DNA of 64,000 bases from Flavobacteriaceae bacterium (lineage in GTDB: Bacteria > Bacteroidota > Bacteroidia > Flavobacteriales > Flavobacteriaceae): NCBI GenBank assembly GCA_965247735.1, contig CBDFHN010000002.1, forward strand, positions 2,463,005 through 2,527,004, given 5' to 3'. Position numbers and translations under genes: made by a program. The first letter of the stretch is position 1, and every line of letters starts with the position of its first letter. Positions 40,467-52,221 of this stretch are shown piece after piece. The notes beneath the pieces are model-generated. The model ran no database searches. It was not told the origin of the DNA and was given only the letters and a program-made list of their open reading frames with translations.

Positions 40467-41735
40467 CTATAACATTTCTAACAAATCTTCAATAGTTTTA
40501 TACACTTTTTGAAGTTCTTTATCAGTAATCACAAAAGGTGCTAAAATATAAATAGTATTTCCCAATGGTCTTAAAAACACACCATTATTCATAAAATGGG
40601 CAAACATCTTATCTCGCAAATCCCCGTACCTATCCATTTCTATATTTAGATCTAAAGCATAGATAATCCCAGTTTGTCGAGTAGATTTTACCTTAGGGTG
40701 ATTTTTAACACGACTATCAAAAGCTTGATGTGATCTTATAACTCGTTTTATATTGTCTTGCATTTCTGCAGACTTCAACAATTCTATTCCAGCTAAAGCA
40801 GCAGTACACGCCAACGGATTAGCAGAATAAGTATGTCCATGAAAAAAACCCTTGCTTATCTCATCATCATAAAAAGCATCGTATATTTCTTGAGTACAGG
40901 ATGTAATTGCCATAGGTACCAAGCCTGCCGTTAGGGCTTTACTCATGCAAATAATATCCGGTTTAGTTGCTACTAGATCAGAAGCAAAATAAGTTCCTGT
41001 TTTTCCAAAGCCAGTCATCACCTCATCTGCAACGGTAACAATATTTGCTGTATTACAATATTCTAAAAGCATATTTAAACCAATAGCATCATGCATTTTC
41101 ATAGCAGCAGCACCTTGCACCAAAGGTTCGTATACAAAGGCCGCTATAGTTCCAGTCGCATTTATTGTTTCTAATGCAGCCAACACTTCATCATTATTAG
41201 TCCCATTCGGTACCGGAATACGCTTAACTTCTAAAAAAAACTCTTCAAAAGGTCCATTATACACCGATAAGCCTGAGACACTCATTGCTCCAAAAGTATC
41301 ACCATGAAAACCATCTTCAAATGCCACAAGTACATTTTTTCGTTCTCCTTTATTGAAATGATATTGCAATGCCATTTTCACCCCTATCTCAACACTCGTA
41401 GAACCATTATCACTAAAAAATAGTTTTTGTTGATTTTTTGGCAATATTTCTATTAACGCTTCAGAAAGTTTTACCGCAGGCTCATGAGTAAACCCACAAA
41501 AAACCACCTGATCCAACTCTTGCATTTGCACATATACCTTAGCAATAATTTCATCATTGCAATGCCCATACATACAGGTATACCAAGATGCTATTCCGTC
41601 TATATACTCATTTCCATCCTCATCATACAAGGTTGTCCCTTTTGCTTTCTTAAGCGCAATACTAGACGGGTGTAACTTGTGCTGTGTTAATGGATGCCAC
41701 AAATATTGCTGATCTCTCTCTGAAATTTTTTTCAA
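40467..41735 (-). CDS. bioA: Adenosylmethionine-8-amino-7-oxononanoate aminotransferase
   Basis: Class-III aminotransferase. YLWHP motif, PLP-lysine region (MSKALTAG), and DEVMTGFG. Confidence 0.9.
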   Translation of the reverse strand: MKKISERDQQYLWHPLTQHKLHPSSIALKKAKGTTLYDEDGNEYIDGIASWYTCMYGHCNDEIIAKVYVQMQELDQVVFCGFTHEPAVKLSEALIEILPKNQQKLFFSDNGSTSVEIGVKMALQYHFNKGERKNVLVAFEDGFHGDTFGAMSVSGLSVYNGPFEEFFLEVKRIPVPNGTNNDEVLAALETINATGTIAAFVYEPLVQGAAAMKMHDAIGLNMLLEYCNTANIVTVADEVMTGFGKTGTYFASDLVATKPDIICMSKALTAGLVPMAITSCTQEIYDAFYDDEISKGFFHGHTYSANPLACTAALAGIELLKSAEMQDNIKRVIRSHQAFDSRVKNHPKVKSTRQTGIIYALDLNIEMDRYGDLRDKMFAHFMNNGVFLRPLGNTIYILAPFVITDKELQKVYKTIEDLLEML

Positions 41736-41775
41736 ACCTTTTTATTTAAAATACCTTTTTTACTACCTTGCAAAG

Positions 41776-43398
41776 ATGAATAAAAACATCTTTTCCACCT
41801 TCAGTAATACTGATAATTTTTTCTTTAAATTCTCCATTTTCCTCCTAATAGCATTTGCATTCTCCCTGTTTTTTAATTTAGACGTCATTACATTAGGTCA
41901 AGAAGAACCAAGAAGAGCTCTTGTTGCCTTAGAAATGATCTTTAACAACAACTATATTGTAACCACTTTATTTGACGAAACTTTTTACGACCATCCTCCT
42001 TTGTGGAATATTGTATTGGCTTATAGCGCAGAATTGTTTGGTTATTCTACCGAATTTGCATTCCGTTTTCCTTCGGCTTTATCTTTATTACTAACTGGGT
42101 TATTGGTCTTTTTTGTGACAAAAAAATATGTTAACATTAGGGTTGGAGTTCTAAGCGCATTCTATTATATGGTTTCGGTAGACCTTTATTTTTTCTTTTC
42201 GGCTACAGCAGAAATAGATATCTTCTTCTCCCTTTTAATTTTCTTAAGTATTCTTAGTGTTTTTCACTTTTATGAAAAGAAAAAATACATCCTATTATTT
42301 GTATTTACTTATCTCTTTGGCGTTTTAGGTTTTTTCACCAAAGGCGTTGCAGCATTGGCATTTGTTGGTATTACCTTAAGTGTATTTTTCTTGTATAAAA
42401 AAGATTTCAAACGCCTTTTTTCATTAGCACATATTGGTACTGCTATTATTAGTCTTGCTATTATTGCTTTATATTTTTATTGGTACAATCAATATGAAGA
42501 TGTTACTGCATTTATCGAAAAAATGTGGGGATTAACAAGCAATAGATCAATAACAAGTGATAAATTTGGAAGCCTATTTGTTCATATTTTCTTTTTCCCA
42601 GCCAATTTGCTTGCAAATCTTTTTCCAGCAACTCTATTTTTACTTTTTGCTTTTGACAAAAAGATGGTGACCAAAATCAAAAACAATAAATACATCTTAT
42701 TCTTATTGATCGCTTTTGCTGCCAACTTTATTATTTACCTAATTTCTCCTGGAGCAAGAGCTAGATACACTTATATGTTCTATCCAATGGTAATCAGCAT
42801 ACTTGTTTACCTGTATTCTTTAAAAATTGATATAAAAAACTGGAAGCACAAAACCTTCTTTGGCATCATAAGCGGCATTATTGTATTGGTTAGCATTGCA
42901 TGTTTTGTTATTCCCTTTGTAGCATTTTTTGATAGAATTCCATATTTAAAATATACCACTCCTTTCTTCGGAATTCTTTTTATTGCTCTTTTTATCAGCA
43001 CACAAAAAACTACCAATAGCTGGAACAAAAACTTGCTTGTTATTTGCTTTTTTATTTTTACAAGAATACTATACACTGTTGTAGCTTATCCTCTAAAAGC
43101 AGAACTTGCTTCTGGTGCAGAACGAAAGCAACATGCTAAAGAAATTTTTAAAATCACAAAAAACCAACCAATATATTTGCTCTCACAAGACCCTATGAAT
43201 GTTTTTATAGACACTCCATTTCGATTTTATGAAACAGGTATTTACTTACAAATGCATCAAAAGCAACTCCTAGAAAAGAAAGCTACATTAAGCGATAAAG
43301 GCTATTATATTGCTAATGTTTTGTGTTTTGAAAACCAAAAAAAACTCTATCAATTTACTATTCAAGGTGTTGATTTAGCATTGATTAAAAAAGAATAA
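41776..43398 (+). CDS. GT39/ArnT-like membrane glycosyltransferase (undecaprenyl-phosphate-sugar dependent)
   Basis: 540 aa with ~12 TM helices. The N-terminal periplasmic loop has a DE-type motif (EEPRRAL). Confidence 0.65.
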   Translation: MNKNIFSTFSNTDNFFFKFSIFLLIAFAFSLFFNLDVITLGQEEPRRALVALEMIFNNNYIVTTLFDETFYDHPPLWNIVLAYSAELFGYSTEFAFRFPSALSLLLTGLLVFFVTKKYVNIRVGVLSAFYYMVSVDLYFFFSATAEIDIFFSLLIFLSILSVFHFYEKKKYILLFVFTYLFGVLGFFTKGVAALAFVGITLSVFFLYKKDFKRLFSLAHIGTAIISLAIIALYFYWYNQYEDVTAFIEKMWGLTSNRSITSDKFGSLFVHIFFFPANLLANLFPATLFLLFAFDKKMVTKIKNNKYILFLLIAFAANFIIYLISPGARARYTYMFYPMVISILVYLYSLKIDIKNWKHKTFFGIISGIIVLVSIACFVIPFVAFFDRIPYLKYTTPFFGILFIALFISTQKTTNSWNKNLLVICFFIFTRILYTVVAYPLKAELASGAERKQHAKEIFKITKNQPIYLLSQDPMNVFIDTPFRFYETGIYLQMHQKQLLEKKATLSDKGYYIANVLCFENQKKLYQFTIQGVDLALIKKE

Positions 43399-43455
43399 CA
43401 AAAAAATATCACAAACAACATTTTATACTTATTTCAAACGCTATTTACTCCATAA

Positions 43456-44064
43456 CTATAATTTTTCTCTAAATATATCTGCATATTCTAATACCACATT
43501 TTTATCAAAATATGGCTCCTCATCTATACGACCAATTACAACCGCATCTGTCATTTCTTTAATGATATTTTCTGTTGTTGGATGTTCTGCACCACTAAAA
43601 ACAATACGTGGAGAAAACCCTCTATCCTGAAGTGCTTTTACTGTTAATAAGGTATGATTAATACTTCCCAAATAGTGTCTAGACACTACAATAACTTCAT
43701 AATCTGATGCAATTATATCTAGAATAGTAGCTGTATTATTTATAGGAACATAAAGACCACCCGCTCCCTCAATAACCAAATGGTTTTTGGTCTCAGGAGT
43801 TTTAATAGCAGTTAGTTTTACCTCAACCCCATCAATAGCTGCAGCAGCATGTGGACTCATCGGCGTTTCCAATGCATAACTATTGGGATGGAATACTGAA
43901 AGGGTATTAGAAACCAACTCCTTTACTTTATCGGTATCGGAATACTCAAGCTCTCCTGCTTGTATTGGCTTCCAATAATCTGCTTGCAACGCTTCCGTTA
44001 CAATTGCAGCAACAACGGTTTTTCCCACCTCAGTTCCTATACCTGTTATAAATACTTTTTTCAA
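43456..44064 (-). CDS. bioD: Dethiobiotin synthetase
   Basis: P-loop ITGIGTEVGKT; ~200 aa. Confidence 0.9.
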   Translation of the reverse strand: MKKVFITGIGTEVGKTVVAAIVTEALQADYWKPIQAGELEYSDTDKVKELVSNTLSVFHPNSYALETPMSPHAAAAIDGVEVKLTAIKTPETKNHLVIEGAGGLYVPINNTATILDIIASDYEVIVVSRHYLGSINHTLLTVKALQDRGFSPRIVFSGAEHPTTENIIKEMTDAVVIGRIDEEPYFDKNVVLEYADIFREKL

Positions 44065-44074
44065 TTGTTATTTT

Positions 44075-44482
44075 TTATTTAATTGATAAATGCGTTTTTT
44101 GATACTTAAATACCTTTTTACAATCCAAACATACATATCTTGTTTTTTCGAAAAACGGAAATAACATGTAAAATATATTTTTACGCTCTCGAGGAGCCGC
44201 TAACGTTTTAGAAGAGTTACAAGCCGTACAAAAAATAGGATTCTCATCTATATCTCTAGCATATGTCCTAATCTCATTATAAATAATCATTGCTCTTTCT
44301 ACATCTTCGGTAAAAACCTGAAGCTTTACTCCTCCAATAGCCTGACTTGTAAGTGGATCTGAATCTATCGTCTTTTCATCTACTAAAAAAACCTGAATCC
44401 TTTCCATCTCCAATCTTAACTTTACAACTTGCGCTTCTGCTGTATAATCGAAGGTATCTAAAATCGTATACTTATTACTCAT
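44075..44482 (-). CDS. DUF2007-like small protein with a C-terminal Cys4 zinc ribbon
   Basis: 135 aa. CTACNSS...CLDCKK pairs. Confidence 0.4.
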   Translation of the reverse strand: MSNKYTILDTFDYTAEAQVVKLRLEMERIQVFLVDEKTIDSDPLTSQAIGGVKLQVFTEDVERAMIIYNEIRTYARDIDENPIFCTACNSSKTLAAPRERKNIFYMLFPFFEKTRYVCLDCKKVFKYQKTHLSIK

Positions 44483-45631
44483 TTATTTATTAGTATTTTT
44501 AAGATGTATTAGCAATAACTGCAACACTTTGGCAATCTCCGTACTAGTATTATAACTGTGTAGACAAAAACGCAAACGCTCTTCTCCTTCAGCTACCGTT
44601 GGAGCCAATATTGGTTTTACATCAAAACCATCTTTTTTAAGATTTCTTGAAATTGTTTTTACCCGTTTATTACCGCCAATAACACAACACTGAATAGCTG
44701 CACTGCTTTCTACAAATTTATTATTTAAACCTAAACGTTTAATTTCATTTTTAAAAAATGAGATATTCGTAATTAAATCGTGCTGTCCATCTTGCTGTCT
44801 TAACAGCTCGTAGCTCCCTTTTATTGTCGCCAATGAATGCATAGGCAATGCCGTTGTATAAATAAAACTTCTTGTGAAATTAATAAGATACATCCTTAAA
44901 TCAGCAGAGCCCAATATTGCAGCTCCATGACAACCCAATGCTTTCCCAAAAGTAACTACAGTTGCAAAAACGTCTTTTTGGAGCTTCAAATTTGCCACAA
45001 TCCCCTTTCCATATACACCTAAACTATGTGCTTCATCAATAATTAATCTCGCATTATGCTTCTTACAAACTACTATCATCTTTTCCAAATCTGGAGCATC
45101 ACCATCCATAGAAAACACCGCCTCTGTTACCACATAAACTTCTTTTGAGCTCCCTTCTTTATCTACATTTAGCAATCGTTGCTCTAGATCACCTAAATTA
45201 TTATGCTTAAACTTATAAGATTTTGCATTTGACAATTGCATGCCATCTCTAACAGAAGCATGTATATACTCATCATACAACACAATATCTCCTCGTTGTG
45301 GAATAGTACTTAACAGTCCAAGATTAGCATCGTAACCAGAATTAAATATTAATGCAGCTTCCTCTTGATGAAATTCAGCAATTTCCAATTCTAGCACTTC
45401 ACAAAACTTAGTGTTTCCAGATAGTAATCGAGAACCTGTTGCTCCATTAGCTTTTGAATCATTAGCCTGAACCAACTCCTGTACACGCTCAAAAATATAT
45501 TCTGATTTTGAAAATCCTAAATAATCATTAGATGAAAAATCTATTAATCCAGAAGAAAATGTAAGCTGCCTTAGCGCTTCATTTTCTTTTCTATGTTCAA
45601 TTTTTTTTTTTAATTTTTCTGGAAAATTCAT
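44483..45631 (-). CDS. bioF: 8-amino-7-oxononanoate synthase
   Basis: Class-II aminotransferase fold. PLP-lysine region TFGKALG. In an operon with bioD. Confidence 0.85.
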   Translation of the reverse strand: MNFPEKLKKKIEHRKENEALRQLTFSSGLIDFSSNDYLGFSKSEYIFERVQELVQANDSKANGATGSRLLSGNTKFCEVLELEIAEFHQEEAALIFNSGYDANLGLLSTIPQRGDIVLYDEYIHASVRDGMQLSNAKSYKFKHNNLGDLEQRLLNVDKEGSSKEVYVVTEAVFSMDGDAPDLEKMIVVCKKHNARLIIDEAHSLGVYGKGIVANLKLQKDVFATVVTFGKALGCHGAAILGSADLRMYLINFTRSFIYTTALPMHSLATIKGSYELLRQQDGQHDLITNISFFKNEIKRLGLNNKFVESSAAIQCCVIGGNKRVKTISRNLKKDGFDVKPILAPTVAEGEERLRFCLHSYNTSTEIAKVLQLLLIHLKNTNK

Positions 45632-45814
45632 TTGATAAAGATACGCTAAAAAACAATTTTAGTTAATCTCATTTTGCTAAGCACCATATTCAGAAATACT
45701 TTGAAAAACAATCATGCTTTTAAACCAAAAAATGCTCAATAATTGATAATATAGAACCGTTAAATATTTAGTACAACATTTTTATATATTGTATATTGCC
45801 CGCAATAAAAACTA

Positions 45815-47587
45815 TTGAAAATGAAAAAAATCCTCTCTTTTATTGCATTTATCGCAATCTCATCTCTTTTTGCACAAAGCACTACTTATACCATAAGTTT
45901 TGAGAATGCCGCACATCATGAAGCAAACATAAAAGCTACCTACAACAACCTTTCTGGAAAAAACTTAGATTTACGTATGAGTAGAACTTCACCAGGAAGA
46001 TACGCTATTCATGATTTTGCTAAAAACGTATACGGAGTAAAAGCTGTAGACAGCAAAGGTAATTCATTAAAAATAGCCCGTAAAAACACTCAGGTATGGA
46101 CCGTTTTAAATCATGATGGAACGGTAACATTTAGCTATACACTATTTGCGAATAGAGGAGATGGTACCTATAGCCAGATTGATGAGACACATGCACACCT
46201 TAATATTCCTTCTGTTTTTATTTACGCACCATCACTTAGCGATAAAAATATTGAAGCAACTTTTGTGCCTAGAACTGATTTAGGATGGAAAGTAGCCACA
46301 CAATTACAACATAAAAAGGGAAACACCTATACTGCTCCTAATTTACAGTATTTTATGGATAGTCCAACTGAAGTAAGTAACCATAGTGTTCGTAAATTTG
46401 ATGTGGATGGTAAAACTATCGAATTTGTACTTCATGATACTGCTACTGAAGCTGAATTAGACACTTATTTTGAAAAAGTAAAAAAGATTGTCCTTGCTGA
46501 AAAGGCTGTTTTTGGAGAACTTCCAAATTTTGATTACAATAGATATACTTTTTTAGCCTGCTATATTGCTAATGCAAGTGGTGACGGAATGGAACATAGA
46601 AATTCTACCATATTAACAAGTACAAGAGGACTTGCCAATGGAGGTATGAACAGAAATCTAGGTACTGTTTCTCATGAACTTTTTCATGCTTGGAACGTAG
46701 AACGAATAAGACCACAATCATTAGAGCCTTTTAATTTTGAGGAATCAAATATGAGCGGCGAACTTTGGTTTGCTGAAGGTTTTACCAGCTACTACACCAA
46801 CCTTATTTTATGTAGAGCAGGATTAATGACTCCAAAAAAATACGTAAAAGGACTTGCTGGAGGACTTAATTATGTATGGAACTCTCCTGCCAGACAGTTT
46901 TTTAACCCTATTGAAATGAGCTACCAAGCTCCTTTTGTAGATGCTGCTACCGCTCTAGACCCTGTAAATAGAAATAATACTTTTATCTCTTATTATACTT
47001 ACGGAAGTGTTTTAGGCCTTGCTTTAGATCTATCCTTAAGAGAAAAAGGATTAAACTTAGACGATTATATGAAGCTGGTATGGAATACCTATGGTAAAAA
47101 AGAAATCCCTTATACAATAGATAATCTACACCAGACATTAAATACTTTTGCAGGAAAATCTTTTGCAGACGATTTTTTCAACAATTACATCTATAATAGT
47201 AGCAAAATTCCAGACTACAACAGCTATTTTAATGCTGTAGGCGTAACCATTTCTCAGAATACAACAACGGCATATCTTGGAGCGTATACCAAAGGAAACA
47301 AAATTGCAACAAATGCAACAATAGGCTCACCTGCATATATTGCTGGTTTAGAAAAAGGCGATGTTGTTACTAAAATAAATGAGACTATACTTAGCGATGA
47401 AAACAACATAAAAAAAATATTAGCTAATTTTAAATCTGGAGATACCTTTACCTTAGCATATACCAGACATAACACTGCAAAAAAAGCTACTATTATACTT
47501 ACAAAAAACCCAAAATACACCACATCATTATCTGAATCTCCTTCTAAAAAAGAATTGAAAAACAGAAATGATTGGCTGAAACGATAA
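45815..47587 (+). CDS. M61 glycyl-aminopeptidase-family metallopeptidase with a C-terminal PDZ domain, secreted
   Basis: Signal peptide. HELFHAWNVERIRP contains HExxH. PDZ-like GLEKGDVVTKINE. Confidence 0.8.
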   Translation: MKMKKILSFIAFIAISSLFAQSTTYTISFENAAHHEANIKATYNNLSGKNLDLRMSRTSPGRYAIHDFAKNVYGVKAVDSKGNSLKIARKNTQVWTVLNHDGTVTFSYTLFANRGDGTYSQIDETHAHLNIPSVFIYAPSLSDKNIEATFVPRTDLGWKVATQLQHKKGNTYTAPNLQYFMDSPTEVSNHSVRKFDVDGKTIEFVLHDTATEAELDTYFEKVKKIVLAEKAVFGELPNFDYNRYTFLACYIANASGDGMEHRNSTILTSTRGLANGGMNRNLGTVSHELFHAWNVERIRPQSLEPFNFEESNMSGELWFAEGFTSYYTNLILCRAGLMTPKKYVKGLAGGLNYVWNSPARQFFNPIEMSYQAPFVDAATALDPVNRNNTFISYYTYGSVLGLALDLSLREKGLNLDDYMKLVWNTYGKKEIPYTIDNLHQTLNTFAGKSFADDFFNNYIYNSSKIPDYNSYFNAVGVTISQNTTTAYLGAYTKGNKIATNATIGSPAYIAGLEKGDVVTKINETILSDENNIKKILANFKSGDTFTLAYTRHNTAKKATIILTKNPKYTTSLSESPSKKELKNRNDWLKR

Positions 47588-48117
47588 CATATACTACTGT
47601 AACTACAGTAACAGAACTGCAACAGATTCTGGCATTACAGCAAAACAATTTGCCAAAGTCTGTTTCTGAATTTGAAAAAAATAAAGAAGGGTTTGTTACT
47701 GTGGTTCACACATTAGATATCTTAACTGAAATGAATACAAAATGTGCGCATATTATTGCCAAATCTTCAGAGAAAGTAATTGCATATGCGCTTTGTATGC
47801 ATCCCGATTTTAAAGATGAGATTGCAGCTTTAAAACCTATGTTTACTCAAATAGAACGTTCTATCGCTCCAAAAACCAACTATATGGTTATGGGACAAAT
47901 CTGTGTTGCCAAAGATTTTAGAAAAAAAGGCGTTTTTAGACAACTATATCAGTATATGGCAGATAGTTTAGCTGCAAATTATGATTGTATTGTTACCGAA
48001 ATAGCAATCAAAAACACCCGTTCTATAAATGCCCATTATGCAATTGGTTTTGAAAAACTTAAAACATATTTGCATGAGCAACAGGAATGGGAAATTGTAA
48101 GTTTGAAAACCATTTAA
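47572..48117 (+). CDS. GNAT-family N-acetyltransferase
   Basis: 181 aa. Acetyl-CoA binding motif-A-like region QICVAKDFRKKGVFRQL. Confidence 0.6.
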   Translation: MAETITYTTVTTVTELQQILALQQNNLPKSVSEFEKNKEGFVTVVHTLDILTEMNTKCAHIIAKSSEKVIAYALCMHPDFKDEIAALKPMFTQIERSIAPKTNYMVMGQICVAKDFRKKGVFRQLYQYMADSLAANYDCIVTEIAIKNTRSINAHYAIGFEKLKTYLHEQQEWEIVSLKTI

Positions 48118-48418
48118 AAAGTAATCTGCAAAGAACAATAGCTCTCATTTTATTTTATATTTGAATAATTAACCTTCACAAAGAACTAGCATAAGCCTGA
48201 ACAAGTTTTAAGTTTTGTTTTTCTTATCCTATAGTTTTTTAAGTACTAATTAGCAATCTTCCAATAAAAGCTGTACCTTCTTTCTTTTAACAAAGACCTA
48301 TACAAGGTGTTGCTCTTATCTTACTAGATTTATTCTTAATTGTGGCACTCTAATTAATTTAATTCAGCATTAAAAACTCAAGATTAACTAGCATTATTAA
48401 TGAAATAATTACCGTAAA

Positions 48419-48865
48419 ATGATACTAAAAGACACTGCTACAGCTGCACTTACATTTTTTACCCCAGAACAATCTGATGGGCTAGGCGCTCTTTTTATAG
48501 ACACAGGTATTTCTGCTGGATTCCCTGCTCCTGCAGATGATTTTAACGAACAACGCATTAGCCTAGATCGCGAGCTTATAAAAAACAAAGAAGCAACCTT
48601 TTTTGCCAAAGTAAGTGGACAATCTATGATTGGCGCTGGATTAGACGACAGAGACCTATTGGTTATCGATAGAAGTTTAGCTCCTGAACATAACAAAATA
48701 GCAGTCTGTTTTATAGATGGTGAATTTACTGTAAAACGACTTAAAGTAGAAGCAGATGGTATATGGCTACAACCAGAAAACCCAAAATATCAGCCTATAA
48801 AAGTTACTGATGAGACCAATTTTATGATTTGGGGTATTGTTACCAATGTGATCAAGAAAGTCTAA
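48419..48865 (+). CDS. umuD: UmuD-like S24 self-cleaving peptidase (LexA C-terminal-domain homolog lacking an HTH)
   Basis: 148 aa. GFPAPADD cleavage-site-like region, Ser nucleophile motif VSGQSMIGAGL, and Lys in FTVKRLK. No umuC follows. Confidence 0.8.
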   Translation: MILKDTATAALTFFTPEQSDGLGALFIDTGISAGFPAPADDFNEQRISLDRELIKNKEATFFAKVSGQSMIGAGLDDRDLLVIDRSLAPEHNKIAVCFIDGEFTVKRLKVEADGIWLQPENPKYQPIKVTDETNFMIWGIVTNVIKKV

Positions 48866-49283
48866 AAATAGTATTAAGCACAAAGTATGGAGTATTAAGA
48901 TTAAGGATTCGCACCTAAATAACATTAAGACAATAGTAGTGATATTTTTTAGTATTGGTACTTAATAAGTTGATAGTTTTGTGTTTTCAGATTCCCACAC
49001 CTTTAATTTAACTCTTTTACTAATTCCCTTCTTAACTCTATTATGAATGATTAACTTTTTTCTTCCGTGTAAAGGATAAAGGCTTTGTTGGAGCTCTCTG
49101 CGTTTTTCTCGCAGAAGCGACTGCCGAAAGCCTGACCCGTAGTTTACGCAGGGATACACCCAAAAAAAACATGAAGCACTAAGTATGAAGTAGTATTAGG
49201 ACCTTTAGAATTTACATCTAATCTATTACCTATTTTGAGTCGCCAATGACTCAGCTCCTAGCTCATTAACTTTTTACTCATTG

Positions 49284-49323
49284 TCTCACTTTTTTCAAAA
49301 GAAAAAGCCATCAAACAAAACTG
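49284..49323 (-). terminator. Rho-independent terminator of atpC
   Basis: gccatcaa....ttgatggc stem. On the minus strand it is followed by TTTTTCTTTT. Confidence 0.6.
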
Positions 49324-49360
49324 CTTGATGGCTCTTAAAATATTATAAAAATAATAACTA

Positions 49361-49639
49361 CTAGTCTGCTAGTACAATTATTTTATTGTCTTTCATTTCT
49401 AGTGTACCAGAATTAATTGCTAATAGTGTTTCATCAGCATCTCCTTTGGTAAACTTACTTTCGAAAGCTTTATCAATTGTGATATCACCTTTAATTTTCA
49501 CTGTTCCTTTACCTAACAATGAAACTATTGGCGCGTGATCATTTAACATCTGAAATCCACCATTAACACCTGGAACACTTACCGAAGTAACTTCTCCACT
49601 AAATAATGTAGCTTCTGGTGATACAATTTCTAAAAACAT
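49361..49639 (-). CDS. atpC: F0F1 ATP synthase epsilon subunit (short form)
   Basis: 92 aa. N-terminal beta-sandwich domain only. Confidence 0.9.
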   Translation of the reverse strand: MFLEIVSPEATLFSGEVTSVSVPGVNGGFQMLNDHAPIVSLLGKGTVKIKGDITIDKAFESKFTKGDADETLLAINSGTLEMKDNKIIVLAD

Positions 49640-49663
49640 ACGCTCTATTGTTAATTGTTATGA

Positions 49664-51172
<1,509 letters not shown>

Positions 51173-51461
51173 TTACCTGTTTTAATTTATGTGTTTACTG
51201 TATCGAAAAACAGCATATTTTTCTGGGCGCAAAGATATGTTTTTCTTCTTGAAAAGGAAACATAATTAAAATGAAATTTTATATAATATCTTTTTAACTT
51301 AAAAATGAAATAAAAAAAACACTTCTCTTTTTGCGTCATCATCTCATTTTACTGACTAACAGCACCATTATACCTCAAAGCATTCTAAACTTTAACAACA
51401 CATTAATACCTTACAACAATAGCATTATATATGTTTGTTTTTATAAAAACGAAAAACACTA

Positions 51462-51890
51462 TTGATTATGAACCTTTCAAAGACAATATTAGCATCTCTT
51501 ATTTTGTTCCTGACTACTAATGCAATCATTGCCCAACAAACAACCGATAAAGAAGCGATTACTGCAACCATAAACAATTATTTCGAAGGCTCACGTACCG
51601 ATAATCCAGAATTGCTGAAAAAAGCATTCCACCCTGAAGCAACCTTAAAATACATTAATGCTAATGAATATAAGATGCTTCCTATTCAAAAATTCTTTAG
51701 CTTTTTTACAAATACAAAAACCAGAACTTTTGAAGATAAAATTTTCTTTATTGACATTACAGGAAATGCCGCAAATGTTAAGCTTTCTACAAAATATAAG
51801 ACGTACCAATACACCGACTATATGAATATGCTGAAAACAAAAGATGGCTGGAAAATAGTAAGCAAAATTTCTTACAAAGAAGTATTTTAG
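51462..51890 (+). CDS. NTF2-fold/SnoaL-like secreted protein (putative lumazine-binding family)
   Basis: Signal peptide then INNYFEGSRTDNPELLKKAFHPEA, typical of nuclear-transport-factor-2-like proteins. Confidence 0.45.
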   Translation: MIMNLSKTILASLILFLTTNAIIAQQTTDKEAITATINNYFEGSRTDNPELLKKAFHPEATLKYINANEYKMLPIQKFFSFFTNTKTRTFEDKIFFIDITGNAANVKLSTKYKTYQYTDYMNMLKTKDGWKIVSKISYKEVF

Positions 51891-52221
51891 GCAATAGCAT
51901 TTGCTTGTTTACACCACTGATTTCGCTTATCTATATTAGCAATAAACACACAAATAGGTCACATATTTTCCTCTTATACATGCTACCATTTTGGGCGTAT
52001 CCCTAAAAGGGTCGGGCTATCACTACTCGCTTCTAAATCAAAAAAGATCTAGAGAGCTCAAACATGCCGTTCTATCCCTTACGCGAAGATCTTGAGTATC
52101 TACAACTTTATCATTCAAAAGAAAAACACAAATCAATACTATATTCCTCACTACACATATTATTTTACTTCATCACCAACTCCAATACCATAATCCTTGC
52201 AGATTTATTTACTTTTACTAC

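Noticed and set aside
48962-49159. 65-aa minus-strand ORF in the umuD-atpC spacer
   Set aside because: Basic, low-complexity, no start context or homology. Overlaps the hairpin-rich segment and is probably non-coding.
49080-49160. Possible SRP (4.5S) RNA because of a GGUCAGG-containing segment on the minus strand
   Set aside because: Only a 7-nt match to the helix-8 consensus. No GNRA tetraloop or symmetric-loop partner in register. Insufficient to call.
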